DNA of 63,724 bases, filler included, from Aduncisulcus paluster (GCA_024181965.1; 42 parts of 42 records of this genome joined end to end with filler, not necessarily neighbours in it), one strand, 5' to 3'; counted from the whole stretch's first letter, positions 1 through 10,209 are shown. The notes: generated by a model from the sequence alone, not told the origin. A program made the numbers and translations.

Positions 1-103
1 TAGGTCTTATTGAGCGTATAGAGTGATAATCTTAAAAGGATATACACAAAGCTTAATTTAGTGTTTACTTTGTGTTGCCTTTTATTCCTAAAAATATTTG
101 ATT

Positions 104-505
104 TTATGCTACTTTTTTAAGATGATTTCTAATAAAAGTTATTTTATATTTAGTATAACTTTTGAGTGATTTATCAAGGGTATCAGATATGTAATTATTT
201 CTAAAATTTTGTTTTGCTGTTGCTATTGGTATGATATAATTTTCTTTTATCCATTGAGGATAATCCCTATAACTTTTATTATACTTTTTAATTTCAGCAA
301 GATAGATTGTTAAATCTTTTTTATAGTTGCTTAAATTGATTTCCCTTGACTGTTTGGCTCTTGTAATTCTTCCTTTGTCTTTTGTTACTACTTGCATATA
401 AACACCCTTTGAAGTTGTTACAAGTTGATTATCAATCTCTTTAAAAGTCAATCCTTTAGAATAAAGAAATATAACTTCATATTGTAGCTGTGTTAGTTTT
501 TTCAT
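104..505 (-). CDS. Hypothetical protein with N-terminal HTH-like (LuxR/sigma70 region 4-like) segment
   Basis: 133 aa; MKKLTQLQYEVIFLYSKGLTFKEIDNQL resembles the LTxxQ..G.t.kEI HTH pattern; overlaps the end of the upstream ORF. Confidence 0.5.
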   Translation of the reverse strand: MKKLTQLQYEVIFLYSKGLTFKEIDNQLVTTSKGVYMQVVTKDKGRITRAKQSREINLSNYKKDLTIYLAEIKKYNKSYRDYPQWIKENYIIPIATAKQNFRNNYISDTLDKSLKSYTKYKITFIRNHLKKVA

Positions 506-806
506 TTAGCACCTCTTCTAAAATATCATCATAGTATTTATTGATCGTTACATAAGCTATACCAGTTCTTTTGTTTAATTGGTACTTTGTAGGCTTTATA
601 TCTACGCTGTAAAGAGTTTTTATCATCTCTTTGATAGATTGCTTCACTCTTTTAGTTTTTGTATCTCTTGCCGTTTGCAGTGTATCTTTTGGAACTGTAT
701 CAAGTGGGGTTATATTTTCTAATTGTTCAAATACTTTTATATTTCTACTTTTTACTATCTGTTTTACTTTTCGAAATAGATCATCTTCAATATCAATAAT
801 CATCAT
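477..806 (-). CDS. Hypothetical DNA-binding protein (N-terminal RHH-like, C-terminal HTH-like)
   Basis: 109 aa; IIDIEDDLFRKVKQIV is ribbon-helix-helix-like; PTKYQLNKRTGIAYVTINKYY is HTH-like; AAAGG RBS upstream. Confidence 0.5.
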   Translation of the reverse strand: MMIIDIEDDLFRKVKQIVKSRNIKVFEQLENITPLDTVPKDTLQTARDTKTKRVKQSIKEMIKTLYSVDIKPTKYQLNKRTGIAYVTINKYYDDILEEVLNEKTNTATI

Positions 807-813
807 TAACCTT

Positions 814-839
814 TAGTATAAATCAGTTATATTATACTA
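814..839 (-). promoter_or_regulatory. Putative palindromic operator overlapping a -10 box
   Basis: TAGTATAA-N10-TTATACTA inverted repeat; contains TATAAT on the minus strand (831-836) just upstream of the 806 start. Confidence 0.4.
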
Positions 840-843
840 TAAG

Positions 844-2105
844 TTAACTATTTTGTATCTTTTCTAAATTTTTTGATTCTATTTTAATTGATTGATAATA
901 TTCATCAGCACTTGGAACTTTATTTATAAGTGCATTTATATTTAATTTATTTAGCTCTTCTTCTATTTCATCCATACTAATATTAAAATATTCTTTTCTA
1001 CGATTAATTTTATTTACTCGTTTATGGTCAAAAATTGAGTGTAATGTTGATTCTAATTGAGGGGCATCATCAGATTCAAGTAATGCGTGAACATCAAATC
1101 TAAAAGGCACACTTGCATTCCCTAATTCGTGTACTCTATCTAGTGGTTCCATTCTTCTAGTCATCCCTATTTTAAATACATTTTTACCAAAACTTCCAAT
1201 ATTTGAAATTATATAAACATTCCCTTGTTTTGTGTCTTGGGCTCTACTTCTAGCTCTTTCATATCTTTGATGTACCTCTTCTAGTTCAGATTTTAACTTA
1301 TTAAGTTTCTCTTCAAAGATTGCTCTTTCAGCATCTGATTTTTCTAGCATTTGAGACTCTATTTCTGCAATGGCTTCATTTTTAATACGCTCTTCATTTT
1401 TAGTTTCTTGTTCAATTTTTTCAGCCTCTTCTCTTGCCTTTCTTTCTTCCCTTTCTTGTTCTCTTATTTCTCTTTGTTCTTCTTGTGCAATTTGTTTAGC
1501 TTTTTTATAGTTTATTTCTATAATTAATCTTTCTTCTAGTAATTTTCTAAACTCATCATTAATAAAGGCTCTACTATCTATACATTTAATTAATGATTCA
1601 GTAGCGATAATTGTCTCAAAAAGTTTTTCTAAAGCATTATGCCCATTGTTTGCATTAACTTTTGAACATAGCATTTCTACAGTTGTAAGAAGTAAAGCTC
1701 CAGCAATATCAGCTTTTGCCGATATACCTATAAATTTTCCAATATTTACATCTGCATTACTACCTTTTACACCATCAATAGCATTAATCGCTAATTTCTT
1801 TAATCTTGCCTTGATTTCTTTTCTATCTTCTTGATAACTTTGACTTGATAAAAGGTCATCATCTGTTATAAGTTCAATATCTGAAGCTAGTCTTGAACAT
1901 TTATCTGTAATATCTTCAATAATATTTCGTGATAACTTTAATCGTGTTGTAATTTCTATATCAGTTTCTTTAAGTCTTCCAATTCTATCTTCAGTTAATA
2001 AGAGTTCTTTTTTTGCATCTTTAAGAATATTTGCTTTTTCTTCTTCTGCTTCTTCTATTGTTTTCTCAATTTTGGCTTCTGTTAAAATTAATTCTGTATT
2101 TACTT
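844..2105 (-). CDS. DUF4041 + T5orf172/MUG113 (GIY-YIG-like) nuclease-domain protein, 5'-truncated
   Basis: Frame stays open from 1674 to the contig end; coiled coil EEQREIREQEREERKA; C-terminal GNVYIISNIGSFGKNVFKIGMTRRMEPLDRVHELGNASVPFRFDVHA...RVNKINRRKEYF. Confidence 0.85.
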
Positions 2106-2205
2106 NNNNNNNNNNNNNNNNNNNNNNNNNNNNNNNNNNNNNNNNNNNNTTAATTAATTAANNNNNNNNNNNNNNNNNNNNNNNNNNNNNNNNNNNNNNN
2201 NNNNN
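2106..2205. other. Artificial contig linker (first of 41)
   Basis: 44 N + TTAATTAATTAA (stops in all six frames) + 44 N. Other linkers start at 3754, 5154, 6810, 8229, 9657, 10888, 12290, 13635, 15637, 17108, 18500, 20082, 21273, 23031, 24738, 26061, 27280, 28767, 30106, 31392, 32538, 33713, 35253, 36451, 38004, 39148, 40855, 42690, 44442, 46057, 47614, 49141, 50394, 54361, 56135, 57284, 58508, 59793, 61079, 62362. Confidence 0.98.
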
Positions 2206-3642
2206 GTTTCTCCAATAAGTGGAGATTATATTGATAATATCTCACCAGTAGATGGCGAACTTTTAACAAAAGTTCCAAGATCAAATGAAAAAGATGTAGA
2301 AGCTGCCGTGTTAGCTGCAGATAAAGCATTTCAAGAATTCAAGAAAACTTCAATTGTTGAAAGAAGTACATTATTACTTAAAATTGCAGATGCAATAGAA
2401 GGTAAGTTAGAAGATCTAGCTTTAGCTGAAACACTTGACAATGGTAAAACTATCAGAGAAACTTTAAATGCAGATTTACCTTTAGTTGTAGATCATTTTA
2501 GATATTTTGCAGGTGTAATTAGAGGAGAAACAGGTACAACTACAGATTTAGATGGTACTACTGTATCTGAAGAGATTCATGAACCAAAAGGTGTTGTTGC
2601 ACAAATTATTCCTTGGAATTTTCCATTATTAATGGCAGCTTGGAAACTTGCTCCTGCACTAGCTGCTGGAAATTGTGTTGTAATGAAACCTGCATCTGCT
2701 ACGCCAATGGCAATTTTAATCATGATGGAAGTAATTCAAGATGTATTACCAGCCGGTGTAATTAATATTATTAATGGTTCTGGTGGAAAAATCGGTAAAT
2801 TTCTTACCACACATCCAAAGGTAAAAAAAGTTGCATTTACAGGTGAAACATCAACTGGTCAAACAATTATGCAATATGCTACAGAAAATATCATCCCAAC
2901 TACATTAGAACTAGGTGGTAAATCTCCAAATATCTTCATGGAATCAATCATGGATGCAGATGATGAGTTTTTTGATAAAGCAATCGAAGGGTTAGTGCTA
3001 TTTGCATTTAATTCAGGTGAAGTTTGTTCTTGTCCATCAAGAGCATTAATTCAAGAATCAATCTATGAACCATTCATGGAAAGAGTATTAGAAAGAGTTA
3101 AAGCAATTACTCAAGAAAATCCATTAGACCCTAATAATAAAATGGGTGCCCAAGCTTCAACAAATCAACAAGAAACTATTTTAAACTACATTAAAATTGG
3201 TAAAGAAGAGGGAGCTGAGTGTCTAATTGGTGGTGAAGCTTATGACAATAAAACTTTCCCTAATGGTAACTACATCCAACCTACAATCTTTAAAGGTCAC
3301 AATAAAATGAGAATCTTCCAAGAAGAAATTTTTGGACCAGTACTTGCTGTTACTACATTTAAAGATGAAGATGAAGCATTAGAGATTGCAAATGATACGA
3401 TTTATGGACTTGGTTCTGGTGTATGGTCAAGAGATGCTCATCAATTACATAATATTGCAAGAGGATTAGAAGCTGGTAGAGTTTGGGTAAATTGTTACCA
3501 CTTGTACCCATCTCATGCATCATTTGGTGGATATAAAAAATCAGGTATAGGTAAAGAGACTCATAAAACTGTACTAGATGCTTACAGATATACAAAAAAT
3601 ATTTTAACTTCTTACTCAAAAGATGCATTAGGTTTCTTTTAA
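2206..3642 (+). CDS. aldB: NAD-dependent aldehyde (acetaldehyde) dehydrogenase, AldB/AcoD type, 5'-truncated
   Basis: IIPWNFPLLMAAWK, LELGGKSP, GEVCSCPSR, EEIFGPV, FGGYKKSGIG motifs. Confidence 0.9.
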   Translation, partial: VSPISGDYIDNISPVDGELLTKVPRSNEKDVEAAVLAADKAFQEFKKTSIVERSTLLLKIADAIEGKLEDLALAETLDNGKTIRETLNADLPLVVDHFRYFAGVIRGETGTTTDLDGTTVSEEIHEPKGVVAQIIPWNFPLLMAAWKLAPALAAGNCVVMKPASATPMAILIMMEVIQDVLPAGVINIINGSGGKIGKFLTTHPKVKKVAFTGETSTGQTIMQYATENIIPTTLELGGKSPNIFMESIMDADDEFFDKAIEGLVLFAFNSGEVCSCPSRALIQESIYEPFMERVLERVKAITQENPLDPNNKMGAQASTNQQETILNYIKIGKEEGAECLIGGEAYDNKTFPNGNYIQPTIFKGHNKMRIFQEEIFGPVLAVTTFKDEDEALEIANDTIYGLGSGVWSRDAHQLHNIARGLEAGRVWVNCYHLYPSHASFGGYKKSGIGKETHKTVLDAYRYTKNILTSYSKDALGFF

Positions 3643-3668
3643 CAGTTAGTTTAATTAAGTATATGATT

Positions 3669-3701
3669 AAAGGTATAGGATTAAATTCTATACCTTTTTT
3701 T
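3669..3701 (+). terminator. Rho-independent terminator
   Basis: AAAGGTATAG/CTATACCTTT stem followed by a T-run after the aldehyde dehydrogenase stop. Confidence 0.7.
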
Positions 3702-3725
3702 CGTACATAGTAAAAAGGATATAAA

Positions 3726-3753
3726 ATGAGTACAGAAAGATTAGCTGTAACGG
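3726..3753 (+). CDS. Start of probable DUF779 protein (fragment)
   Basis: AAGGA RBS + MSTERLAVT; DUF779 usually follows aldB-type genes; only 9 codons are visible. Confidence 0.4.
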
Positions 3754-3853
3754 NNNNNNNNNNNNNNNNNNNNNNNNNNNNNNNNNNNNNNNNNNNNTTA
3801 ATTAATTAANNNNNNNNNNNNNNNNNNNNNNNNNNNNNNNNNNNNNNNNNNNN

Positions 3854-5101
3854 CATCGCGAGTTCTTCGGCACCTTCGCGTCCGAGTAGCAGCGCCGGGC
3901 CGAAGGCGGGCACTGGTAGGAGCGCTGGGCGATGGACTACCTGGGCCAGTGCACGTGTGTAGTCGATGTTGCGAACCACGCCGGGGGCCACGGCGTTAAC
4001 CGGGCCTGATAGTGAAAGGTCCCACAGGCATCGGTGATAGATGTCTACCAAGTCGTCGATGCCGATCCAGGGCAACCACTGGGTGCCGGAGCCCAGGCGT
4101 CCGCCCAGGCCGGCGCGGAAAAGTGGGAGCAGGAGCTTGAGCGTTCCGCCGCGTGGTGACTGAACGATGCCGGTGCGGACAGTGACGACACGGGTCCCGG
4201 CGCTCTCGCCTGTTAACGCTGCCTGCTCCCAACGAGCGACCACGTTGGAAAGGAAGTCTGCTGTCGGCGGGGGAGGGCTTGTCTCGGTGAGCGTTTCATC
4301 GGCTCGGTTCTTCCCGTAGTACCCGACCGCTGAGGCGCTGACGAAGGTGCCGACACCTGCGGATGCGGCGGCTTGGGAAAGGAGGCGAGTGGGCTCGATT
4401 CTGCTCGAGGCGATGAGTTCTTTGTGCCGTGGGGTGAAGCGTCCGGCGATGGTGGCACCCGCCAGATGGATTACGGCATCGACGCCCTCCAGTGCGGCTG
4501 GGTCCGGATCATCGGGTTCCCAGCTGCGGTCGGTGCGGTTCTTGGGTTCTCCGCGGACCAGGCGGATTACGCGGTGCCCACCCGTACTCAGGAACGCGGC
4601 AAGAGCGGTACCCACTAGGCCCGATGCCCCGGTGATGGCCACTGTCGAGGCATTCATTCCATGGTCGGCCGCTCTGCGGTGCGCGGCGAGATCCCCGGTG
4701 AGTTGCCGTTGTCGATAGGCGATGAGTTCGGTGAGAAGCAGCCCCGGAATAGGAGTTTCGATCGTGTCGCGTACCCGAGTGCTGTTATCGCCGACGGGCT
4801 CGAAGTCGTGAATATGCCGCCAGGGCAACACACCACTGATCGCCGACCGCAGTCCCGTCGCGACCCCTTCGTCGACGAATCGTCGGCCGGGCAGGAACGC
4901 CTCCTGATCGTGCTGGGCGACCCAGCGCAAGCCTCCCGGTAAATCCAGTACAGCGGCCCCGTCGCGCAGCGAGGCGGCTTCGGTACGCAACTCGACCGGC
5001 GCCCACGGCGCCGCCAAGCGATGGAACGCGCCCGGCCTGGAGTACCAGGCGAACACGTCCTCGACGGGCGCGTCGACAATCACCGAACCACTGATACCCA
5101 T
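3854..5101 (-). CDS. TIGR01777 family NAD-dependent epimerase with N-terminal SRPBCC domain, 3'-truncated (actinobacterial)
   Basis: High GC; VIVDAPVEDVFAWYSRPGAFHRL; AITGASGLVG Rossmann motif; GGRLGSGTQWLPWIGIDD. Confidence 0.85.
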
Positions 5102-5253
5102 GAGTCTCCGATCATCGGGAAGTCTAGTTCCTCAGTCCTCTGCGTGGTCGCTCNNNNNNNNNNNNNNNNNNNNNNNNNNNNNNNNNNNNNNNNNNNNTTA
5201 ATTAATTAANNNNNNNNNNNNNNNNNNNNNNNNNNNNNNNNNNNNNNNNNNNN

Positions 5254-5607
5254 GATGAACTAGGTCTGAGCCTTTGTTTGCAAAACTCCATAAAAGAGAT
5301 AATGAAAAATATAGAAGCACAACAATACCTAATGGATGGAAATACCTCTTTTGGTATAGAGAACTTAGATTGTTTGATAAAAGCAGATGCGAGTATACAA
5401 GAGGTGAGTGCTGCTTCTATTTTAGCAAAAGTGAGTCGTGATAGATATATGTGTGAAATAGCTAAAGAGTATCCAGAGTATAGTTTTGAAAAACATAAGG
5501 GATATGGAACAAAAGTACATACAGATGCAATCATAGAGCATGGGTATTGTGATATACATAGAAGAACATTTAAGATAAAAAAGCTTGAAGGTTTAAATAT
5601 ATCTTGA
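5254..5607 (+). CDS. rnhB: Ribonuclease HII, 5'-truncated
   Basis: IKADASIQEVSAASILAKVSRD; HKGYGTKVH; IHRRTF. Confidence 0.9.
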   Translation, partial: DELGLSLCLQNSIKEIMKNIEAQQYLMDGNTSFGIENLDCLIKADASIQEVSAASILAKVSRDRYMCEIAKEYPEYSFEKHKGYGTKVHTDAIIEHGYCDIHRRTFKIKKLEGLNIS

Positions 5608-5635
5608 TATAATTGCGAATATATAAGGAACGACA

Positions 5636-6118
5636 TTGGCAAAAAAAGATAAAAAGAAAACGAGTGTTAGAGAATTTTTAAATAAAAAAGCTTTTCATGA
5701 TTATCATATTGAAGATATATTTGAAGTTGGTATTGTTTTACATGGAAGTGAAGTAAAAGCAATACGAGCTGGTAGAATGAACTTTAAAGAATCATTTGTT
5801 CGAATTATTAAAAATGAAGTATTTATATTAAATATGAATATTTCCCATTTAGATACTACTCATGTCTCATATCGTCCAGAAGAGGGCAGAGATAGGAAGC
5901 TTTTAATGCATCGTAAACAGATAAATAAACTTTTTGAAAAAGTAACGAAAGATGGTTATACAATAGTAGCTACTAAAATGTATTTTAATGATAAAAATAT
6001 GTTCAAAGTAAATATTGGTATTGCTAAGGGTAAAAAAGATTACGATAAAAGAGAAGATTTAAAAGCAAAAAGTATGAAAAGAGAAACACAAAGAGTTCTC
6101 AAAGAATATAACAGATAA
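5636..6118 (+). CDS. smpB: SsrA-binding protein
   Basis: [39 protein letters not shown]. Confidence 0.95.
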   Translation: MAKKDKKKTSVREFLNKKAFHDYHIEDIFEVGIVLHGSEVKAIRAGRMNFKESFVRIIKNEVFILNMNISHLDTTHVSYRPEEGRDRKLLMHRKQINKLFEKVTKDGYTIVATKMYFNDKNMFKVNIGIAKGKKDYDKREDLKAKSMKRETQRVLKEYNR

Positions 6119-6132
6119 AAATAAGGTTATAT

Positions 6133-6809
6133 ATGAATAATAAAATAGAACAACTTAAATTTGGTATAGTAGGTTTAGGGCTGATGGGTGGATCATTTGC
6201 TAAAGTTGTAAAAAAATACAATCTCTCTTCTAGTGTTGTTGGATATGATCATAATAAGAAACATCAAAAACAAGCTTTAGCGTTAAACCTTGTAGAACGA
6301 ATAGTTGAACTTGATGAATTACTTCAGTGTGATGTGATAGTGCTATGTATTCCTGTTGATGCCATTATAAAGTTTATGCCTACTTTAGAAGGGATCTCTG
6401 TAAACACTACTATTATGGATTTTGGGAGTACAAAAAAACTTATTGTTGATAACATCCCAAAGAGTATACGAAAGAATTTTATTGCTGCACACCCTATGAC
6501 AGGAACAGAAAAGTTTGGTCCTAGTGCTGCTATTGATGGTTTGTATGAAGGGAAAACTGTTGTATTGTGTGATTTAGATATATGTGATAATCTTCACAAG
6601 GAAAGAGTACTGAATATATTTAATGCAATAGCAATGAGAATAGTGGAGATGGATTCTACAACACATGATAAACATGCCTGTTATATCTCTCATCTTCCTC
6701 ATGCTATCTCTTATGGTTTAGCAAATACGGTTATGTCACATGAAGATCCCGAAAATATAATAACACTAGCAGCTGGAGGTTTCCGTGATATGAGTCGTAT
6801 TGCTCAATC
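6133..6809 (+). CDS. tyrA: Prephenate dehydrogenase, 3'-truncated
   Basis: GIVGLGLMGGS; DFGSTK; HPMTGTE; ISHLPH; GGFRDMSRIA. Confidence 0.9.
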
Positions 6810-6971
6810 NNNNNNNNNNNNNNNNNNNNNNNNNNNNNNNNNNNNNNNNNNNNTTAATTAATTAANNNNNNNNNNNNNNNNNNNNNNNNNNNNNNNNNNN
6901 NNNNNNNNNCAGTTGGTAACGGGGGCAATGATGCTCTTCACGAGGGAGGAGTGTATTGCTATATTTCTATA

Positions 6972-8175
6972 TACTCATTACAAATAGGAAGACGAAAAAT
7001 CGGGCTTAATAATATGAAAATTGTCCGTTAGCAACTTCTCCAATTCATGCCCTCTCCAAAGTTCCTGTTCAAGGAAATCTGAAACAGCTTTTTTAAAGTC
7101 GCAGAACCTCAGATAGAACTTGTTATAAACCACTTCTTTTTTTAAGATATGCCAAAGCCTCTCAATAATATTGAGGTTGGGAGAATATGGTGGCAAAAAG
7201 TGAAACTGTATTCTCAGATTTTTTTCCAAAAATTTCTTTACTACTTTGGCATGGTAGTATTTTGCATTGTCAAGGATGATATGGATTTTACCTTCCTTTT
7301 GTGTTTTTAATATTTCGAGAAGCAATGCAATCATGGTTTGTGCGTTTATCCGGTCATCTTCAACGTACACAACTTGTTTTGTTTCAAGGTTAATTGCCCC
7401 GTTGATATTGGCCCGTTGCCTGCCATTGTTTGTTTTCAGGTGTTTTGTTTCCCCTCTCTTTATCCATCCGTAACCCGCAATACTGTTGTGCTGGGGGTGT
7501 ACCCCGTCAACAAAATAGATTTGGTCTTCTTTTGACAAGTTGTTTTTAAGCTCACCATATCCTTTTATAAACTCTTTTTGTTTTTCAACATTGGCCTTGC
7601 ATGGTGCCAACACAGGCTTTTTGTAAACAAACCCCATTCTCTTTAACAAGGCAAGTAATCCGCTTCTGCTATATCTAACATTAAAATTTTGCCGTATCCA
7701 TTCCCTAATCCCCTTGGAATCACAATAAACATTCTCTTGCAGGTGCCTGTCCAACTTATCAAGCTGCCCTGCGCTAAGATATGGCCGGGAGCCTTTGTTG
7801 TTGTCACTGAGCAAACTCTTTGCCCCTTGTGATAAATATTGATTCCTGTATTTTCTGATTGTATCATCATCAAGCAACAGGATATCTCCAACTTCCATAC
7901 AGGAAAAACCTTTATCAAGAAGCAACAGTGCTTTAAATTTATCGGCAACCCTTTTTTGTCGGCACTGACTGTGCAAGTACCGGATTTCGGCTTTTTGTTC
8001 CTGTGTTAGCTTTAACTTCATTTCTCTGTATTACAACAAGTTAAAGATAATAAGAATAAATACAAAAAAACGAAAATAATGCATAAGTAATTAACAATAT
8101 GTTTGTTAATTACTCAATGTCTGTTATAGCTACTGATTTTTGACTATTTTCCCGAAAAGCTATTTGTGTTGAGTA
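6972..8175 (-). mobile_element. Complete IS630-family insertion sequence
   Basis: Imperfect terminal inverted repeats TACTCATTACAAATAG (6972-6987) and reverse complement TACTCAACACAAATAG (8160-8175), flanked by TA at 6970-71 and 8176-77. Confidence 0.85.
6978..8021 (-). CDS. IS630 family transposase
   Basis: 347 aa; N-terminal HTHs; DDE triad in YFVDG, ILDNAKYY and LPPYSPNLNIIERLW. Confidence 0.95.
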   Translation of the reverse strand: MKLKLTQEQKAEIRYLHSQCRQKRVADKFKALLLLDKGFSCMEVGDILLLDDDTIRKYRNQYLSQGAKSLLSDNNKGSRPYLSAGQLDKLDRHLQENVYCDSKGIREWIRQNFNVRYSRSGLLALLKRMGFVYKKPVLAPCKANVEKQKEFIKGYGELKNNLSKEDQIYFVDGVHPQHNSIAGYGWIKRGETKHLKTNNGRQRANINGAINLETKQVVYVEDDRINAQTMIALLLEILKTQKEGKIHIILDNAKYYHAKVVKKFLEKNLRIQFHFLPPYSPNLNIIERLWHILKKEVVYNKFYLRFCDFKKAVSDFLEQELWRGHELEKLLTDNFHIIKPDFSSSYL

Positions 8176-8328
8176 TATTTGTCAAGTCGTATTCACAATT
8201 AGACGACCAAAAGCATCGCATTTACCGTNNNNNNNNNNNNNNNNNNNNNNNNNNNNNNNNNNNNNNNNNNNNTTAATTAATTAANNNNNNNNNNNNNNNN
8301 NNNNNNNNNNNNNNNNNNNNNNNNNNNN

Positions 8329-9656
8329 CAAAAAAATATGATGCAAAATTCATTGAAAAATATACTCATGGTTTTGATAAATTCTTACCTTACTTACTTG
8401 GAAAAGAAGATGGTATTGAAAAAACTCCAGAATGGGCAGAAAAATTAACTGAAATCCCAGCTGCTACTATTAAAGAGTTAGCAACAACTATGATTGATAA
8501 CAGAACATTTATCGCTGGAAACTGGGCATTACAAAGAGCACACCATGGTGAGCAAGTTGATTGGTCCATTATAACTTTAGCATCTATGATAGGACAAATT
8601 GGTCTTCCAGGTGGTGGTTTTGGTTTCTCTATGCATTATGCAGGTGGTGGTGATGCAGCTTCTAAAAAAGCTACTGTTGGTGGTATTCCTCAAGGAGGAG
8701 GAAACAAAGTAAATCTAAATATTCCTGCTTCTAGAATGAGTGATTTACTTTTAAATCCTGGTAAAACAGTTACATTCAAAGGTGGAAAAGTTACTTATCC
8801 AAAAATTGAAGTGATGTTAAGTGCAGGTTCTTCTCCTATTGGTCATCAACCAGATGTAAATGAACTAATTGGTGCAATGAGAACATTAGACACTATTATA
8901 ACAGTTGATCCATGGTGGACTCCAACAGCTAAAATGTCTGATATTGTTTTCCCTGCTACAACTACTCTTGAAAGAGATGATATCACTCAAGGTATGTCAT
9001 ATGCTCAAGATAGACTATTTGCAATGAAAAAAGTTGTTGATGCGAGATATGAGTCGAAAGATGATTACTGGATTTTTGCTCAATTATCAAAAAGATTTGG
9101 TAAAGAGAAAAAATTTACAAGAAAAAGAACTAGTATGCAGTGGATTGAAAGATTTTATAAAAGATCATACGCTAAGAAAAAAATGAAAATTGCATTTGAG
9201 GATTTTTGGAAAGAAGGTGTAGTTAAATATGAAATTCCTGAAAGCTCAAGAGACTTTGTTAGACATGAAGCATTTAGAAAAGACCCTGTTAAAAATGCTT
9301 TAAAAACAGAAAGTGGAAAAATTCAAATTTTCTCTGAGAAATTTGAAGCCTTCGGATATGATGACTTTAAAGGTCACCCAACATGGTTTGAACCAGCTGA
9401 ATGGTTAGGAAATAAAGAGTTAGTGGCGAAATATCCACTACACCTTGTATCTCCACATCCAACATACAGAGTTCACTCTCAGTTAGATAATACTTGGGTA
9501 CAAAATGTACACAAAGTACAAGGTAGAGAGCCAATTAGAATTTCTCCAAATGATGCGAACAAATTTGGTGTAAGAGACGGTGAAATTGTAGAAGTTTACA
9601 ATGATAGAGGAAGTGTTTTAGCGGGTGTTGTTGTAACCGATACTATTAGAGATGGT
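8329..9656 (+). CDS. Molybdopterin S/N-oxide reductase (TorA/TorZ/BisC family), internal fragment
   Basis: LQRAHHGEQ; GQIGLPGGGFG; DIVFPATTTLERDD; LVSPHPTYRVHSQL; frame open across the whole contig. Confidence 0.9.
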
Positions 9657-9756
9657 NNNNNNNNNNNNNNNNNNNNNNNNNNNNNNNNNNNNNNNNNNNN
9701 TTAATTAATTAANNNNNNNNNNNNNNNNNNNNNNNNNNNNNNNNNNNNNNNNNNNN

Positions 9757-10173
9757 GTTGGAAGCTTTGTAGCTTTACTTATTGGATTATTATTATTACA
9801 GTACATTAGTATTACAACACTTTTCCTTTTAGCATTACTTATTTCTGTTATATCTGTAAAGCAAATAGATATTTATGAAAAAGATGTAGGAGTTCATGAT
9901 GGTTCAGAAATAGTAATTGATGAATTAGCAGGTATGTGGATAGCATTAGGTATTGCCAATGCAACTGCAGACAACTATATTATTGCTGGTTTAGCTTTTG
10001 TTTACTTTAGAATTTTTGATATTTGGAAACCTTCTGTAATTGGTAAAATAGATAGAGATGTAAAAGGTGGTTGGGGAGTAATGGGTGATGATATGCTTGC
10101 TGGACTCTTCGCTGGTCTTTGTACTAGTATGACATATTTTTTACTACTAAAATACTCAGTAATCCCATCATAA
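9757..10173 (+). CDS. pgpA: Phosphatidylglycerophosphatase A, 5'-truncated
   Basis: HDGSEIVIDELAGM; FRIFDIWKP; GGWGVMGDDMLAG. Confidence 0.9.
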   Translation, partial: VGSFVALLIGLLLLQYISITTLFLLALLISVISVKQIDIYEKDVGVHDGSEIVIDELAGMWIALGIANATADNYIIAGLAFVYFRIFDIWKPSVIGKIDRDVKGGWGVMGDDMLAGLFAGLCTSMTYFLLLKYSVIPS

Positions 10174-10175
10174 AA

Positions 10176-10201
10176 AAGTTGCTATTATAAAATAGCAACT
10201 T
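10176..10201. terminator. Bidirectional terminator between convergent pgpA and nadC
   Basis: AAGTTGCTATT-ATAA-AATAGCAACTT perfect 11-bp hairpin. Confidence 0.7.
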
Positions 10202-10209
10202 ATAAATTT

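Noticed and set aside
2150..2161. Recurring TTAATTAATTAA as a biological repeat or CRISPR-like array
   Set aside because: It is always centred in identical N padding and gives stops in all six frames, so it is a synthetic linker. No CRISPR array was seen in the window.
3996..5209. Many overlapping alternative ORFs in the high-GC contigs (also 41010-42553, 56187-57339, 59845-61134)
   Set aside because: Shadow ORFs expected from stop-codon scarcity at high GC; they lack motifs and overlap better-supported genes.
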